Positions 29,931-39,031 of a stretch of 64,000 nucleotides of DNA are shown one piece after another (position 1 is the stretch's first letter; every line of letters begins with the position of its first letter). This DNA is from Candidatus Eremiobacteria bacterium (GTDB lineage: Bacteria > Vulcanimicrobiota > Vulcanimicrobiia > Vulcanimicrobiales > Vulcanimicrobiaceae), in the NCBI GenBank assembly GCA_963737065.1, contig CAVTRC010000001.1:928001-992000 (forward strand). Direction: 5' to 3'. The notes under the pieces were generated by a model. It saw nothing but the letters and a program-made list of their open reading frames with translations. It had not been told where the DNA came from and searched no databases. The position numbers and the translations under genes were made by a program.

Positions 29931-30661
29931 CGCGTGCGTTCATCGCGCCGATAGCCGAACACCGCAACAACCGAAAACGCCACCGAGAACAACGCAAGCG
30001 CGAACACCGCGTGCGTGGCATCGTGGCCCGGACCGCCGATGCTCCAGAGCAGTTCGCCGTACTGGCGCGTCGGTAGGTATGGCGAGATCATCGCGGCGAC
30101 CCACGGAAGCGCTTGCGGCGGAATCCAAAATCCGCCCGCAAACGCGCACAGCAGATAGATGATGTTCGTGACGGGCAGCGCGCCCCGCGGCGGCACGATG
30201 TAGGCGATTGCGATCCCGAGCATAACGAACGGCACGGCGCCGGCGATCGCGAAGATCGCCAACGTCGTCCACTGCACTGCATCGAACGAAACAGGCGTCA
30301 AAACTCTTCCTATCACCGCAACGAGCAACGATGCCATCGCGGCAATCACGACCGCGACGATGATCCGTGCGATGAAACGAATCTCGACCGGGACCGGCAA
30401 CGTCCGAAGATAGCGCTCCCACGGACGGCCGCGTTCGCTTGCAATGCCGACGCCGAATTGAAAGAGCGCTACGCCGACGACCGCAAACGCCACGAACGAC
30501 GCGAGCGTTTGATTTGCCGCATCGCTGCTCCCCCGCGCATCCGGTACGCCGAATATCGTGTAAAGCATCGCGGGAAAGAGAACCGCGGGAACAACAAAGG
30601 CCGGCGTCCGCACGATGTCGCGCAATAGAACGCACGCGTGCGCGTAAACTAAGCGAATCAT
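29921..30661 (-). CDS. ABC-2 type exporter permease
   Basis: Six hydrophobic segments, ER..W..LRTLP, GGFWIP. Confidence 0.88.
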   Translation of the reverse strand: MIRLVYAHACVLLRDIVRTPAFVVPAVLFPAMLYTIFGVPDARGSSDAANQTLASFVAFAVVGVALFQFGVGIASERGRPWERYLRTLPVPVEIRFIARIIVAVVIAAMASLLVAVIGRVLTPVSFDAVQWTTLAIFAIAGAVPFVMLGIAIAYIVPPRGALPVTNIIYLLCAFAGGFWIPPQALPWVAAMISPYLPTRQYGELLWSIGGPGHDATHAVFALALFSVAFSVVAVFGYRRDERTRYA

Positions 30662-31497
30662 TGACGAGCTCCCGTTACTTCGAGAAAGATGTCTTCGAAC
30701 GACGATTGCGTGATCGAAAGGGCCGAGAACGGCACGTTCGCGGTCACGAGCGCGCGAACGTAGGCGTCGGTATCGTCAGTCGTCACGATCGTGCGCGCCC
30801 CGGCTTGCACGATCGACGCGTTCGGCATGGTCAACGGAGCGCCGATGTACTCCACCCGCCGGCGCCCGAAGCGTCCGCGAAAACTCGACGGCGATCCGTC
30901 AAAGACGACGCACCCGACGTCGATGACGATGATCCGCGTCGCAAGCGCCTCGGCTTCTTCCATATAGTGGGTGGTGAAGAGCATCGTGCGGTTCGAGATC
31001 CCGGACGCGAGTTGCGACCATAAACGGCGGCGGGATTCTGCGTCGAGCCCGGTCGTGGGTTCATCGAGAATAACGATATCGGTGTTTGCTCCGCATGCGA
31101 GCGCAAGCGCCACGCGGCGCTGTGCGCCGCCGGAAAGCGTGCCGACGCGCGTGTCCGCAACGCTGCGCAGGTCGAAAGCATCGAGAATTGCATCAGCCGC
31201 GAGCGCGTTCGGATAGTGAACGGCAACGAAATCGAGCAGTTCGCGCACGCTCAGCACGTCCGGGAAACCGGTCGTTTGCGGCGTACATGCGACGGTTCCG
31301 GTCATCCGCGCACTGCCGCTATCCGCTCGACGTAATCCCAGAAGAATCTCGAGCGCGGTCGTCTTGCCGGCGCCGTTCGGGCCGAGTAACGCAACGCATT
31401 CGCCGCGCTCTACCGAGAACGAAACGTTGCGCAACGCCGCCGTCTCGCCGTAGTGTTTGCAGACCTCGTGAACTTCGATGCTCGCTTCCATTTGCAT
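30658..31497 (-). CDS. ABC exporter ATP-binding protein
   Basis: GPNGAGKTT, LSGG, ILDEPTTGLD, TTHYMEEA. Confidence 0.95.
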   Translation of the reverse strand: MQMEASIEVHEVCKHYGETAALRNVSFSVERGECVALLGPNGAGKTTALEILLGLRRADSGSARMTGTVACTPQTTGFPDVLSVRELLDFVAVHYPNALAADAILDAFDLRSVADTRVGTLSGGAQRRVALALACGANTDIVILDEPTTGLDAESRRRLWSQLASGISNRTMLFTTHYMEEAEALATRIIVIDVGCVVFDGSPSSFRGRFGRRRVEYIGAPLTMPNASIVQAGARTIVTTDDTDAYVRALVTANVPFSALSITQSSFEDIFLEVTGARQ

Positions 31498-31502
31498 TCC
31501 TT

Positions 31503-32102
31503 CTATGCTTCAGCGTATCTCGGGCGTCGAACGCGCAGCGCATACGCATACCCGATCCACGGCTCCAAGACGAGGTTGATGATGAAGTGCGCGACGACGC
31601 ACGGCAATAGCGCACGCCCGGACACGACATACACGATTGCGAGGGCCGCACCGAGAACCGCCATCGATACGACGGCGCTCACCAGAGAACGCGCGCCGCC
31701 GCGCACCGCCCACACGGCGTGAACAGCGCCGAAGGCGAGCGCCGATGCGACGATCTGTACTGCAACGCCGTAATGCGCGAGGGCAAGCAGGTTCATGAGC
31801 GTCATACGGAAGACGCCTTCTTCGAGAATCGAACTCGGAATCGCGATCACGAGCGCGAGCACTTTAAACGGCGTAACTTTTGTCAATAGCGGCCACAGAT
31901 CGAGCGCGCGTGCAGTATAGACGATCGTTGCGAGCGCAACGAAGGCCGAGAGAATCCAGCCGACAACCGGCACGTCGCCCGCCCGAACCGCGAGCGCGGT
32001 CACGATCGCGTTGAACTGGAACAGAATGACGAGCGTCTCTATCGCCGCGATCGTGCCGAGAAACTGCCACGTCTTGCGGACGGCGTGTGGATTGAGAATC
32101 AT
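31503..32102 (-). CDS. CPBP/Abi (CAAX) family intramembrane glutamic protease
   Basis: EEGVFR, FGAVH, HFIIN motifs; start reassigned to ATG 32102. Confidence 0.85.
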   Translation of the reverse strand: MILNPHAVRKTWQFLGTIAAIETLVILFQFNAIVTALAVRAGDVPVVGWILSAFVALATIVYTARALDLWPLLTKVTPFKVLALVIAIPSSILEEGVFRMTLMNLLALAHYGVAVQIVASALAFGAVHAVWAVRGGARSLVSAVVSMAVLGAALAIVYVVSGRALLPCVVAHFIINLVLEPWIGYAYALRVRRPRYAEA

Positions 32103-32386
32103 GATGGTTCCTCCGCGTTTGCGAGTAATGCTTCGAGAGACTTCACGTGTGCGACGAACGCATGGCGCCCGTTTTCCGTCAGTTGATAGCGCGACTGCGG
32201 CCGGCGATTGACGAACGCTTTTTCTTCTTGAACGTAGCCTGCGTCGACCAGTTTGCCGAGATGTGCGCCGAGATTTCCATTGGTCGTCTTCACCGCTTGC
32301 TGCAAGCCCAAGAACGTCACCCAATCGCTTCCAAGCAACTTTGCAATAATTCCGAGCCGAATCTTCGAAAGCAGCATTTCATCCAT
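32099..32386 (-). CDS. Winged-helix transcriptional regulator (ArsR/MarR-like)
   Basis: RLGIIAKL, TNGNLGAHLGKLVDAGYV, RRPQSRYQLTENG. Confidence 0.88.
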   Translation of the reverse strand: MDEMLLSKIRLGIIAKLLGSDWVTFLGLQQAVKTTNGNLGAHLGKLVDAGYVQEEKAFVNRRPQSRYQLTENGRHAFVAHVKSLEALLANAEEPS

Positions 32387-32389
32387 GAC

Positions 32390-32956
32390 TTATTCGCGCG
32401 CGAGCAGATCGGCGACGCCGAAGCCTCCGTAACCAATTAGCGTTCCGGCTGCGAGAAGCAAGCCTGCATACGGCGTCATGAAATTCGCGAGCGCGATGGA
32501 GACGAGCAGCGTGATTGCGCCTATTTGCGCTCGGCGATTGCCGTGCATGCCGATGTAGAGCAGCACCAGCGTCTCCACGACGTTCCACAGCGCTATCGCG
32601 GCAATCGGCGGAAAGAGATTGAACCCGATGAACTGCGTGACGAACGCAACCGCGATAGCAAGCATGAGTACATTGAGATACTCGCGCTGCAGCAGCGACA
32701 TCGTGTCAGCCGATTCGCGATAAGAACGCGAGCGGACGATGCTGAAGACGATCGCACAGCACAAGACCGCGAGATTGATCCACAGCGCTGCCATCGGCAG
32801 CCGGTGCATCATTGCCAGCGTAAAGATCACGTCCGTCGACGCACCCGCAACACCCCAGACGACGAAAAATTCGCCGCCTGCTTCAAGCTTGCGCGACGAC
32901 GCGGCAATGATGCGTTCGATGACGGCAAGGTGTTCGCGTGCTTCGGACGGGTTCAC
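32390..32956 (-). CDS. Hypothetical integral membrane protein
   Basis: About 6 hydrophobic segments; GTG start with GGAGG SD; the track's longer ORF is antisense to rplU. Confidence 0.7.
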   Translation of the reverse strand: MNPSEAREHLAVIERIIAASSRKLEAGGEFFVVWGVAGASTDVIFTLAMMHRLPMAALWINLAVLCCAIVFSIVRSRSYRESADTMSLLQREYLNVLMLAIAVAFVTQFIGFNLFPPIAAIALWNVVETLVLLYIGMHGNRRAQIGAITLLVSIALANFMTPYAGLLLAAGTLIGYGGFGVADLLARE

Positions 32957-33047
32957 GTACGCCTCCGGCGAGTAGATTAGTCTGTAATTTAGACTTATCT
33001 GAAGCATACGCGCTACGTGGTCATATGTCAACCGTCCCGTCCCGGCG

Positions 33048-33076
33048 TTGACAGTGCGCGGGTGCCCTGGTATCGT
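33048..33076 (+). promoter_or_regulatory. Sigma70 promoter for rplU (TTGACA-17-TATCGT)
   Basis: Consensus -35, 17-nt spacer, ATG 9 nt after the -10 box. Confidence 0.7.
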
Positions 33077-33085
33077 GTCACGGTT

Positions 33086-33397
33086 ATGTACGCGATCATT
33101 GAGACCGGCGGCAAGCAATTGCGCGTCGCCGAGGGCGATATCATACGAACCGATCTCGTTGACGCAGACGCCGGCAGTGACGTTACGTTCGACCGGGTCG
33201 TGCTCGCGAGCACCGGTGGCGAGGTCAAGGTCGGCGCCCCTCTCGTCTCGGGCGCGAGCGTCTCGGGTACGGTCCTCCGGCAGGCCAAGGACAAGAAGAT
33301 CCTCGTGTTCCGCTACAAGCCGAAGAAGCGCGTCCGTAAACTCAACGGCCATCGTCAACGTTTCGCCGAAGTAAAAATCACTAAGATCAGCGTGTAA
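33086..33397 (+). CDS. rplU: 50S ribosomal protein L21
   Basis: MYAIIETGGKQLRVAEGD, YKPKK, GHRQ. Confidence 0.98.
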   Translation: MYAIIETGGKQLRVAEGDIIRTDLVDADAGSDVTFDRVVLASTGGEVKVGAPLVSGASVSGTVLRQAKDKKILVFRYKPKKRVRKLNGHRQRFAEVKITKISV

Positions 33398-33405
33398 GCT
33401 GCGCG

Positions 33406-33750
33406 GTGCTCACCGTAACGTTTTATGAAGACAGCCGGCAGCGGCTGTCTTCTTTTGTCGGCGTGGGGCACGTCGAAATCAGCGAAACGACGAGCGACGA
33501 GTATTCGCTTGTCTGCGCGGCGATCTCGTCAATTTTGCAGGCGACTCGTCTTGGGCTCGAACGCATCGCTGCGGTTCCGGTCGACGTCCGGCAGCAGCGC
33601 GGCGACATGGAACTCCTGGTTCCCGACGCATACCGGGACGACACGAGCGCCGTTGCGATCTTGCGCACGGCCGAGCTTGCCGTGGAACACATCGCGTTGC
33701 AATATCCGCGGCACGTTCGCTTCAAGCGCGAAAGCAAACCGGGACCGTAA
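33406..33750 (+). CDS. prp: Ribosomal-processing cysteine protease Prp (YsxB/DUF464)
   Basis: GH...LVCAAIS catalytic motifs, QYP; directly downstream of rplU. Confidence 0.85.
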   Translation: MLTVTFYEDSRQRLSSFVGVGHVEISETTSDEYSLVCAAISSILQATRLGLERIAAVPVDVRQQRGDMELLVPDAYRDDTSAVAILRTAELAVEHIALQYPRHVRFKRESKPGP

Positions 33751-33800
33751 CATGCGGAAGATAAATCGGGTACGATAGGCATCTACCACAGGAGGCATGC

Positions 33801-34088
33801 ATGACTGATAGCTTTCGCACTGCGCCGCCCGAGGGCGAGTGGTCGCCGGGAAACACCGGCGCAAGCGGCTACCAAAGCGCTTTCGGCAACGGACCAGAGC
33901 GAGCGGATGAGGACGACAACGACGTAGGACGCGCGCTGCTCGTCGGTCTCCTCGGCGGGCTCGTGTCCGCGGCCGGGTACTTCGTCTACCGGCGCCTGCC
34001 CGATGAACAGAAGGAACGAATCCACGCGCAAGTACGATCGCAGCTGTCCGCGCGCCTCGCCGAAATTCGGCAGAACTTCAACATCTAA
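33801..34088 (+). CDS. Small hypothetical single-TM protein
   Basis: AGGAGG SD; one hydrophobic segment followed by a charged helix. Confidence 0.65.
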   Translation: MTDSFRTAPPEGEWSPGNTGASGYQSAFGNGPERADEDDNDVGRALLVGLLGGLVSAAGYFVYRRLPDEQKERIHAQVRSQLSARLAEIRQNFNI

Positions 34089-34132
34089 GGCCATACGTCT
34101 CGAATCGCGACTGCCGCGGCACTACTGAGTGC

Positions 34133-34615
34133 ATGCGGCAGTTTGCATTCATGGCGGCGCTCTACGCGCACGCGCTGCAGATTTTCAATCCGTCGCTTGC
34201 ATCGGATAACGCGCTGCGCTATGCGACCGCGACGATTCGCGAGGCCGATGCGCAAGCGCTCGACGCGCGTTTGCTGGTTGCATTGATCGCGGTCGAATCA
34301 TCGTGGCGAAGTGATGCGGTTTCGAACGCCGGTGCGCGCGGACTCGGACAATTGATGCCGCCGACGGCAAACGAACTCGGCGTCGATCCCGATGACGCGC
34401 TCGCAAACATTCACGGAGCTGCCGTGTATCTTCGCCGGCTGCTGCGTCACTACGCCGGAAGCAGCCGTGACGAGCAATATACCGACGCGCTCGCGGCCTA
34501 TAACGCCGGCGAGGGGGCAGTCGACCGGTACGGCGGCGTGCCGCCGTACGCCGAGACGCGCGCGTACGTTCGCCGCGTCATTTCGTTGTGGCGTCGTCTG
34601 GCGGGTGAGTCGTAG
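34133..34615 (+). CDS. Lytic transglycosylase (SLT domain)
   Basis: IAVESS, SNAGARGLGQLMP, AAYNAG, PPYAETRAYV. Confidence 0.92.
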   Translation: MRQFAFMAALYAHALQIFNPSLASDNALRYATATIREADAQALDARLLVALIAVESSWRSDAVSNAGARGLGQLMPPTANELGVDPDDALANIHGAAVYLRRLLRHYAGSSRDEQYTDALAAYNAGEGAVDRYGGVPPYAETRAYVRRVISLWRRLAGES

Positions 34616-34817
34616 ACGGCGACGGCGGCATCGGGGGCGGCATTTCGTGCTCGTTCGTGTCCGCAGCGCGCTCCATCTCGGCGATAAACGCATGCGATGT
34701 ATTCTGCACTTCACGCATCACGCGGCCCGCCTGGCGCATCATCTTCGGCAGCTGATCCGGCCCGAAGAGCAAGAGGGCGAGCACGGAAACCACCATGATG
34801 TCGGGGACGGAGAACAC
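34578..34817 (-). CDS. Twin-arginine translocase TatA/TatB family subunit
   Basis: LALLLFGPDQLPKMMRQAGR amphipathic helix. Confidence 0.8.
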   Translation of the reverse strand: MFSVPDIMVVSVLALLLFGPDQLPKMMRQAGRVMREVQNTSHAFIAEMERAADTNEHEMPPPMPPSPSTTHPPDDATTK

Positions 34818-34926
34818 GCAGTAGCTCTTCTATCACGTGCTCGGCGCCCCTGGGGCGCGCGGAGCGCGAAGCGCGTGGCTGAAGGGAGGGTATCCTCCTG
34901 CGCCTGTGCAAGCTTTCGCGTCCGCC

Positions 34927-35397
34927 GTGAAGATCATCTACACCCGGGGCAACCGTACGGAAACGCTTGCTTCGCTCGCGACGCTGCGCAAGATTCTCAA
35001 CCGGTTCGTCGCCCACCGCGTGTTCTACGAAGTCTCCAGCCGCAGCAAACGCGGTCACGAATTCTTTTCCGCGAAGAACGTCTTCGTGGTCGGATTGATT
35101 GAAGTCACGAATTACGAGCATTTGAAGATTCTGATCTTCGATGCGAACAATCAGGCGCATTCGATCGAGATTCTCAATCCGCAAACGATGCGGATCTACG
35201 ATGAGATGCCGGGTCGCGGATTCGCGGTATCCTTCATCAGCGAGAGCGAAAACGGCGTCGAAACGCGCTGCTACATTCGCGACGAAGGTGAAGATCAAAG
35301 CGGCATCAAGGAACAAACCGCGCTCGAAAAGATCACGCTTCCGCAACTGTTCGAATACCTCGAAGAGCTGACCGCCGTCGAAGCGTCAAAGACGTAA
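34927..35397 (+). CDS. Hypothetical protein
   Basis: Clean ORF with host-like codon usage; start uncertain (GTG 34927 chosen). Confidence 0.6.
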   Translation: MKIIYTRGNRTETLASLATLRKILNRFVAHRVFYEVSSRSKRGHEFFSAKNVFVVGLIEVTNYEHLKILIFDANNQAHSIEILNPQTMRIYDEMPGRGFAVSFISESENGVETRCYIRDEGEDQSGIKEQTALEKITLPQLFEYLEELTAVEASKT

Positions 35398-35417
35398 TCA
35401 AGACGCCGGCACTGTTG

Positions 35418-35927
35418 CTATTCGACCGTTAGAATCGCATCGTTGATCTCTCCCGTGGAGAGGTCCAGCGCCGCAAACATCCCCGGTGTGCGAACCGCCT
35501 CTGCGGCGATGCCGAACGCTAGGTGCTTGGGCATGTAGCGGTCCCCCACCACCCGCTTCGCGCCTTCGTTCCACGCACTGAACGCCTGACGGCTCAACCA
35601 CACGCTGCGCGCACCGCCCGGCACCTTGAAGGCGAGCGTGTCGAAGCGCAGCATCCGCGAACGTTCGCCGGTCTGCATTGCAGGCTCCGCGATGCGCGAG
35701 GCGATGTTGGCTTTGGCGGTTTCGGTATCCATTTGGTACGCCAACAGCTTCTCGCGCGGCAACACGCCGTGCAAGGCCGGGCCGAACTGTGGGTCGTCGA
35801 GCAGTGCGAGGAGCATCGAACGTACGGTGATGAACGGCTCGTTCACATTGCCCGCCACTTCGGCGGCACGGCGCATCACTTCGAGGATCTCGTCGGACAG
35901 AAAGATCTGCTCGGCCGACTCGCTCAT
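35418..35927 (-). CDS. Clp N-terminal (Clp-R) domain-like protein
   Basis: Two repeats resembling Clp-N (FITVRSMLLALL; YMPKHLAFGI). Confidence 0.55.
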   Translation of the reverse strand: MSESAEQIFLSDEILEVMRRAAEVAGNVNEPFITVRSMLLALLDDPQFGPALHGVLPREKLLAYQMDTETAKANIASRIAEPAMQTGERSRMLRFDTLAFKVPGGARSVWLSRQAFSAWNEGAKRVVGDRYMPKHLAFGIAAEAVRTPGMFAALDLSTGEINDAILTVE

Positions 35928-36328
35928 GTGCGCCTGCTTGGCTTCCGGCGTTTGCGCACCTCCAGCTTCGATGCAAGCCGCATGGCGCGAACCGCGTCAT
36001 CGTAGCGCCCTAACGTCTTATATGCCGATGCGAGATTGGCGTACACGAGCGGATAGTCCGGATCAGCAGCAATCGCTGCCTCATACCAGCGCACCGCCGC
36101 CATCGGATCGCCGCTCTCAAATGCAAGGTTCCCGAGATTCATCATCGCCGGCGCGTGCGATGCATCGAGCGCGAGCGCGGCTTCGAAATCCGCGCGCGCT
36201 TCTTCTCGCGCGCCGCATTGAATGCGCCGCACGCCGCGTTTGTTGAGCATCGCCGCATTACGCGGCTCGTCGCCTTGCGAAGGCGCTTCGCGTATTTTGA
36301 AAGCGAAGCGGCGGAAGAAATGGAACAC
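35924..36328 (-). CDS. Tetratricopeptide repeat protein
   Basis: Three TPR-like units (NKRG, NLGNL, YANLASAY). Confidence 0.8.
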   Translation of the reverse strand: MFHFFRRFAFKIREAPSQGDEPRNAAMLNKRGVRRIQCGAREEARADFEAALALDASHAPAMMNLGNLAFESGDPMAAVRWYEAAIAADPDYPLVYANLASAYKTLGRYDDAVRAMRLASKLEVRKRRKPSRRT

Positions 36329-36339
36329 GGACTCGTCCT

Positions 36340-37062
36340 ATGTTCACGATCGACGTCGTTACGCTCTTTCCCGAAGTCTTCGCGCCGTTTGTCGGTCTCT
36401 CGATCGTCGGCCGCGCCGTCGAAGCCGGGATCGCCGACGTGCGCTACCATCATCTGCTCGACGCGCTCACCGCGAACGAACGGGCCGACGACAGTCCGTA
36501 TGGCGGGGGCGCGGGTATGGTGCTGCGCGTCGAGCCGATCGCGCGCACGCTCGACGGTATCCTCGGTTCAGCGCCGGAGCGCGAGCGGCGAACGATCGTG
36601 GTTCCGTCCCCGGCGGGCCGGCCTTTTCAACAAAAAGACGCCGAACGATTTGCCGCGTTAGACCGCTTGATCATCGTGTGCGGGCACTACGAAGGCATCG
36701 ACGAGCGAATCAGTGCGTTGTACGACGTTGAGGAACTCTCCCTCGGCGACTTCATCCTGACCGGCGGCGAACTGCCGGCGCTCGCGTTCATGGACGCGAC
36801 CGTACGCCTTCTTGAAGGCACCATAACGACGGAGTCCGCCGCAGCCGAGTCGTTCTCGCAAGGGCTATTGGATTATCCCAGCTACACGAGGCCGTCCGTC
36901 TTCCGCGGAGTGTCCGTGCCCGACGTGCTCCTCTCCGGCAACCACGCGAAAATCGCGGAGTGGCGCCGTCGCGAGTCCCGCCAGAGAACCGAACGGAGAC
37001 GCAAGGATCTGCTGGCCGAGGCGGGCCCGACAGGAGCGGAGGGCGCGGAGCCGGAGGCGTAG
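36340..37062 (+). CDS. trmD: tRNA (guanine-N1)-methyltransferase
   Basis: TLFPE, DDSPYGGGAGMV, CGHYEGIDER, SLGDFILTGGE, YPSYTRP. Confidence 0.97.
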   Translation: MFTIDVVTLFPEVFAPFVGLSIVGRAVEAGIADVRYHHLLDALTANERADDSPYGGGAGMVLRVEPIARTLDGILGSAPERERRTIVVPSPAGRPFQQKDAERFAALDRLIIVCGHYEGIDERISALYDVEELSLGDFILTGGELPALAFMDATVRLLEGTITTESAAAESFSQGLLDYPSYTRPSVFRGVSVPDVLLSGNHAKIAEWRRRESRQRTERRRKDLLAEAGPTGAEGAEPEA

Positions 37063-37110
37063 GCCGTTTACTCACGGCTCCGTGCGTTGAAATGCCGCGG
37101 CGATAAAGGC

Positions 37111-37140
37111 TTGATGCGCGACGCCGAGGCGTGATATATT
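37111..37140 (+). promoter_or_regulatory. Putative internal promoter before rplS (TTGATG-18-TATATT, extended TG)
   Basis: Located in the trmD-rplS intergenic region. Confidence 0.5.
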
Positions 37141-37203
37141 GCGTGGGTTGTCGCGCGGGTTCCCGCGCGCTTATTCGTTCGTCCGCACTACGAGATTTGT
37201 CCC

Positions 37204-37557
37204 ATGAACGTCATCGACGTCCTTAACAAAGAACAGCTCAAAAAGACTGTGCCGGATTTCCGTCCCGGCGACACCGTCAAAGTCTATTCGAAAGTGGTTG
37301 AAGGCGGCAAAGAGCGCATTCAGATGTTCGAAGGCGTCGTTACCGTTCGCAAGGGCGGCGGCGCGCACGAGTCGGTCGTCGTGCGCCGCGTTGCGCATGG
37401 CGTCGGGGTCGAAAAGACGTTCTTGCTGCATAGCCCGCGTGTCGATCGCATCGAGGTGAGCAAGCGCGGCGTCGTTCGCCGCAGCCGCCTCTACTACTTG
37501 AGCGATAAGGTCGGCAAAGCGGCGCGCATCAAGGAAAAGAAATCCACTAAAGCTTAA
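37204..37557 (+). CDS. rplS: 50S ribosomal protein L19
   Basis: [34 protein letters not shown]. Confidence 0.98.
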   Translation: MNVIDVLNKEQLKKTVPDFRPGDTVKVYSKVVEGGKERIQMFEGVVTVRKGGGAHESVVVRRVAHGVGVEKTFLLHSPRVDRIEVSKRGVVRRSRLYYLSDKVGKAARIKEKKSTKA

Positions 37558-37563
37558 GCCGCT

Positions 37564-38256
37564 CTGACGCCGCTGCAACTGCTCGGGCTCGTCGCGGTGT
37601 TTGCGGTCGCTCGAGTGACTCTCAGTTTAAAACCCATCGCGGCCGGCGACCATGAGTCGTCGGCCGTTGCTGTCCTACGCGGATATATCGACGCGTTCAT
37701 CATCGCCGGACTTGCCGCACTGCTCTTGATCACGTTTGTGATCAGGACGTTTTACATTCCGTCGATCTCGATGATCCCGACGCTCAAAGTGCACGATGTG
37801 CTGCTCGTCGATGAGCTGCGCTACCACCTCTACCAACCGCAAGACGGCGACATCGCCGTATTCCTTCCGCCGTTCAATTCAAGCGGCGACGAGTTCATCA
37901 AGCGCGTCATCGGCGTCCCCGGTGACACAATCACGATCGCAGACGGTATCGTGTACCGGAATGGAAAGGCGCTCACCGAACCGTACGAAAACGAACCTCC
38001 GGTTTACGATCTCGCGATCAAGCACTACGACATTTACGTTAACGGCATGCCGCTCGATCGTCGCAGTGCAAATATTCCGCCGCAATCGAAATGGAGTTCG
38101 CCGGGTCGGATTCCGGCCGGGTACTATTTTATGCTGGGCGACAACCGCAATTATTCCGATGACTCTCATGTGTGGGGCTTCGCCTCTCGCGACGCGTTTT
38201 TTGGGCGCGCGTTTCTCAACTTTTGGCCGCTAAGCAGATTCAGCATCCTTCACTAG
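37564..38256 (+). CDS. lepB: Signal peptidase I (copy 1; probable CTG start)
   Basis: IPSISMIPTL, FIKRVIG, GDNRNYSDDS; N-terminus aligns with copy 2 from CTG 37564. Confidence 0.9.
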   Translation: MTPLQLLGLVAVFAVARVTLSLKPIAAGDHESSAVAVLRGYIDAFIIAGLAALLLITFVIRTFYIPSISMIPTLKVHDVLLVDELRYHLYQPQDGDIAVFLPPFNSSGDEFIKRVIGVPGDTITIADGIVYRNGKALTEPYENEPPVYDLAIKHYDIYVNGMPLDRRSANIPPQSKWSSPGRIPAGYYFMLGDNRNYSDDSHVWGFASRDAFFGRAFLNFWPLSRFSILH

Positions 38257-38272
38257 AAAAGATCAGCAACAT

Positions 38273-39010
38273 ATGACGCCTTACGAACTGCTCGGATTGG
38301 TTGCGATCATCGCCGTTGCGCGAGTCGCGCTCTCGTTGCGCCCGGTCGCGACGGTGTCCAGCGGACGCAGCACCTCGATCGCCAAGGAGTATCTCGATCC
38401 GTTCATTTATGCGGGCATCGCGGCCTGGCTGCTCATTACGTTCGTGGCGCGCACGTATTACATTCCGTCGGCATCGATGGTTCCAACGCTGCAGATTCAC
38501 GACGTTCTCCTCGTCGACAAATTCGAGTATCGCTTTCGCAAACCGACCGAAGGCGACGTCGTCGTTTTTCCGCCGCCGATTCCGACGCCCGACGACTTCA
38601 TCAAACGCGTCATCGGTTTGCCCGGCGAGCGCTTCCGTATTACAAAGGGCGTCGTGTACGTGAATGACGTCGCGCTCACCGAACCGTACATCGCGCAACC
38701 GCCAAACTACGATCTCGAAATTCGCAACTACGGCATCTACGTGAACGACGGCTTCGGCTGGCACGCACTCGACCCGTCCGCCGCAAACGTTCCACCGAAG
38801 AACGACTGGACGTCGCCGAACACGATTCCACCCAACTGCTACTTCATGATGGGTGATAACCGTAACGACTCGGATGATTCACACGTATGGGGCTTCGCGC
38901 AAGTCGGCGGAAAATTCGCGACGGGACCGCGCGCCGGCGAACATGCGGGTTTTACGGGTCGCGCATTCTTGATCTTCTGGCCGCTCTCGCAAGCGAAGAT
39001 TCTCCACTAA
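38273..39010 (+). CDS. lepB: Signal peptidase I (copy 2)
   Basis: IPSASMVPTL, FIKRVIG, GDNRNDSDDS. Confidence 0.93.
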   Translation: MTPYELLGLVAIIAVARVALSLRPVATVSSGRSTSIAKEYLDPFIYAGIAAWLLITFVARTYYIPSASMVPTLQIHDVLLVDKFEYRFRKPTEGDVVVFPPPIPTPDDFIKRVIGLPGERFRITKGVVYVNDVALTEPYIAQPPNYDLEIRNYGIYVNDGFGWHALDPSAANVPPKNDWTSPNTIPPNCYFMMGDNRNDSDDSHVWGFAQVGGKFATGPRAGEHAGFTGRAFLIFWPLSQAKILH

Positions 39011-39031
39011 TACCGTCGAAGCTCGGCTTCC

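Noticed and set aside
32957..33358. N-terminal extension of the 322-aa minus-strand ORF
   Set aside because: Antisense shadow of rplU; the real gene starts at GTG 32956 with an SD.
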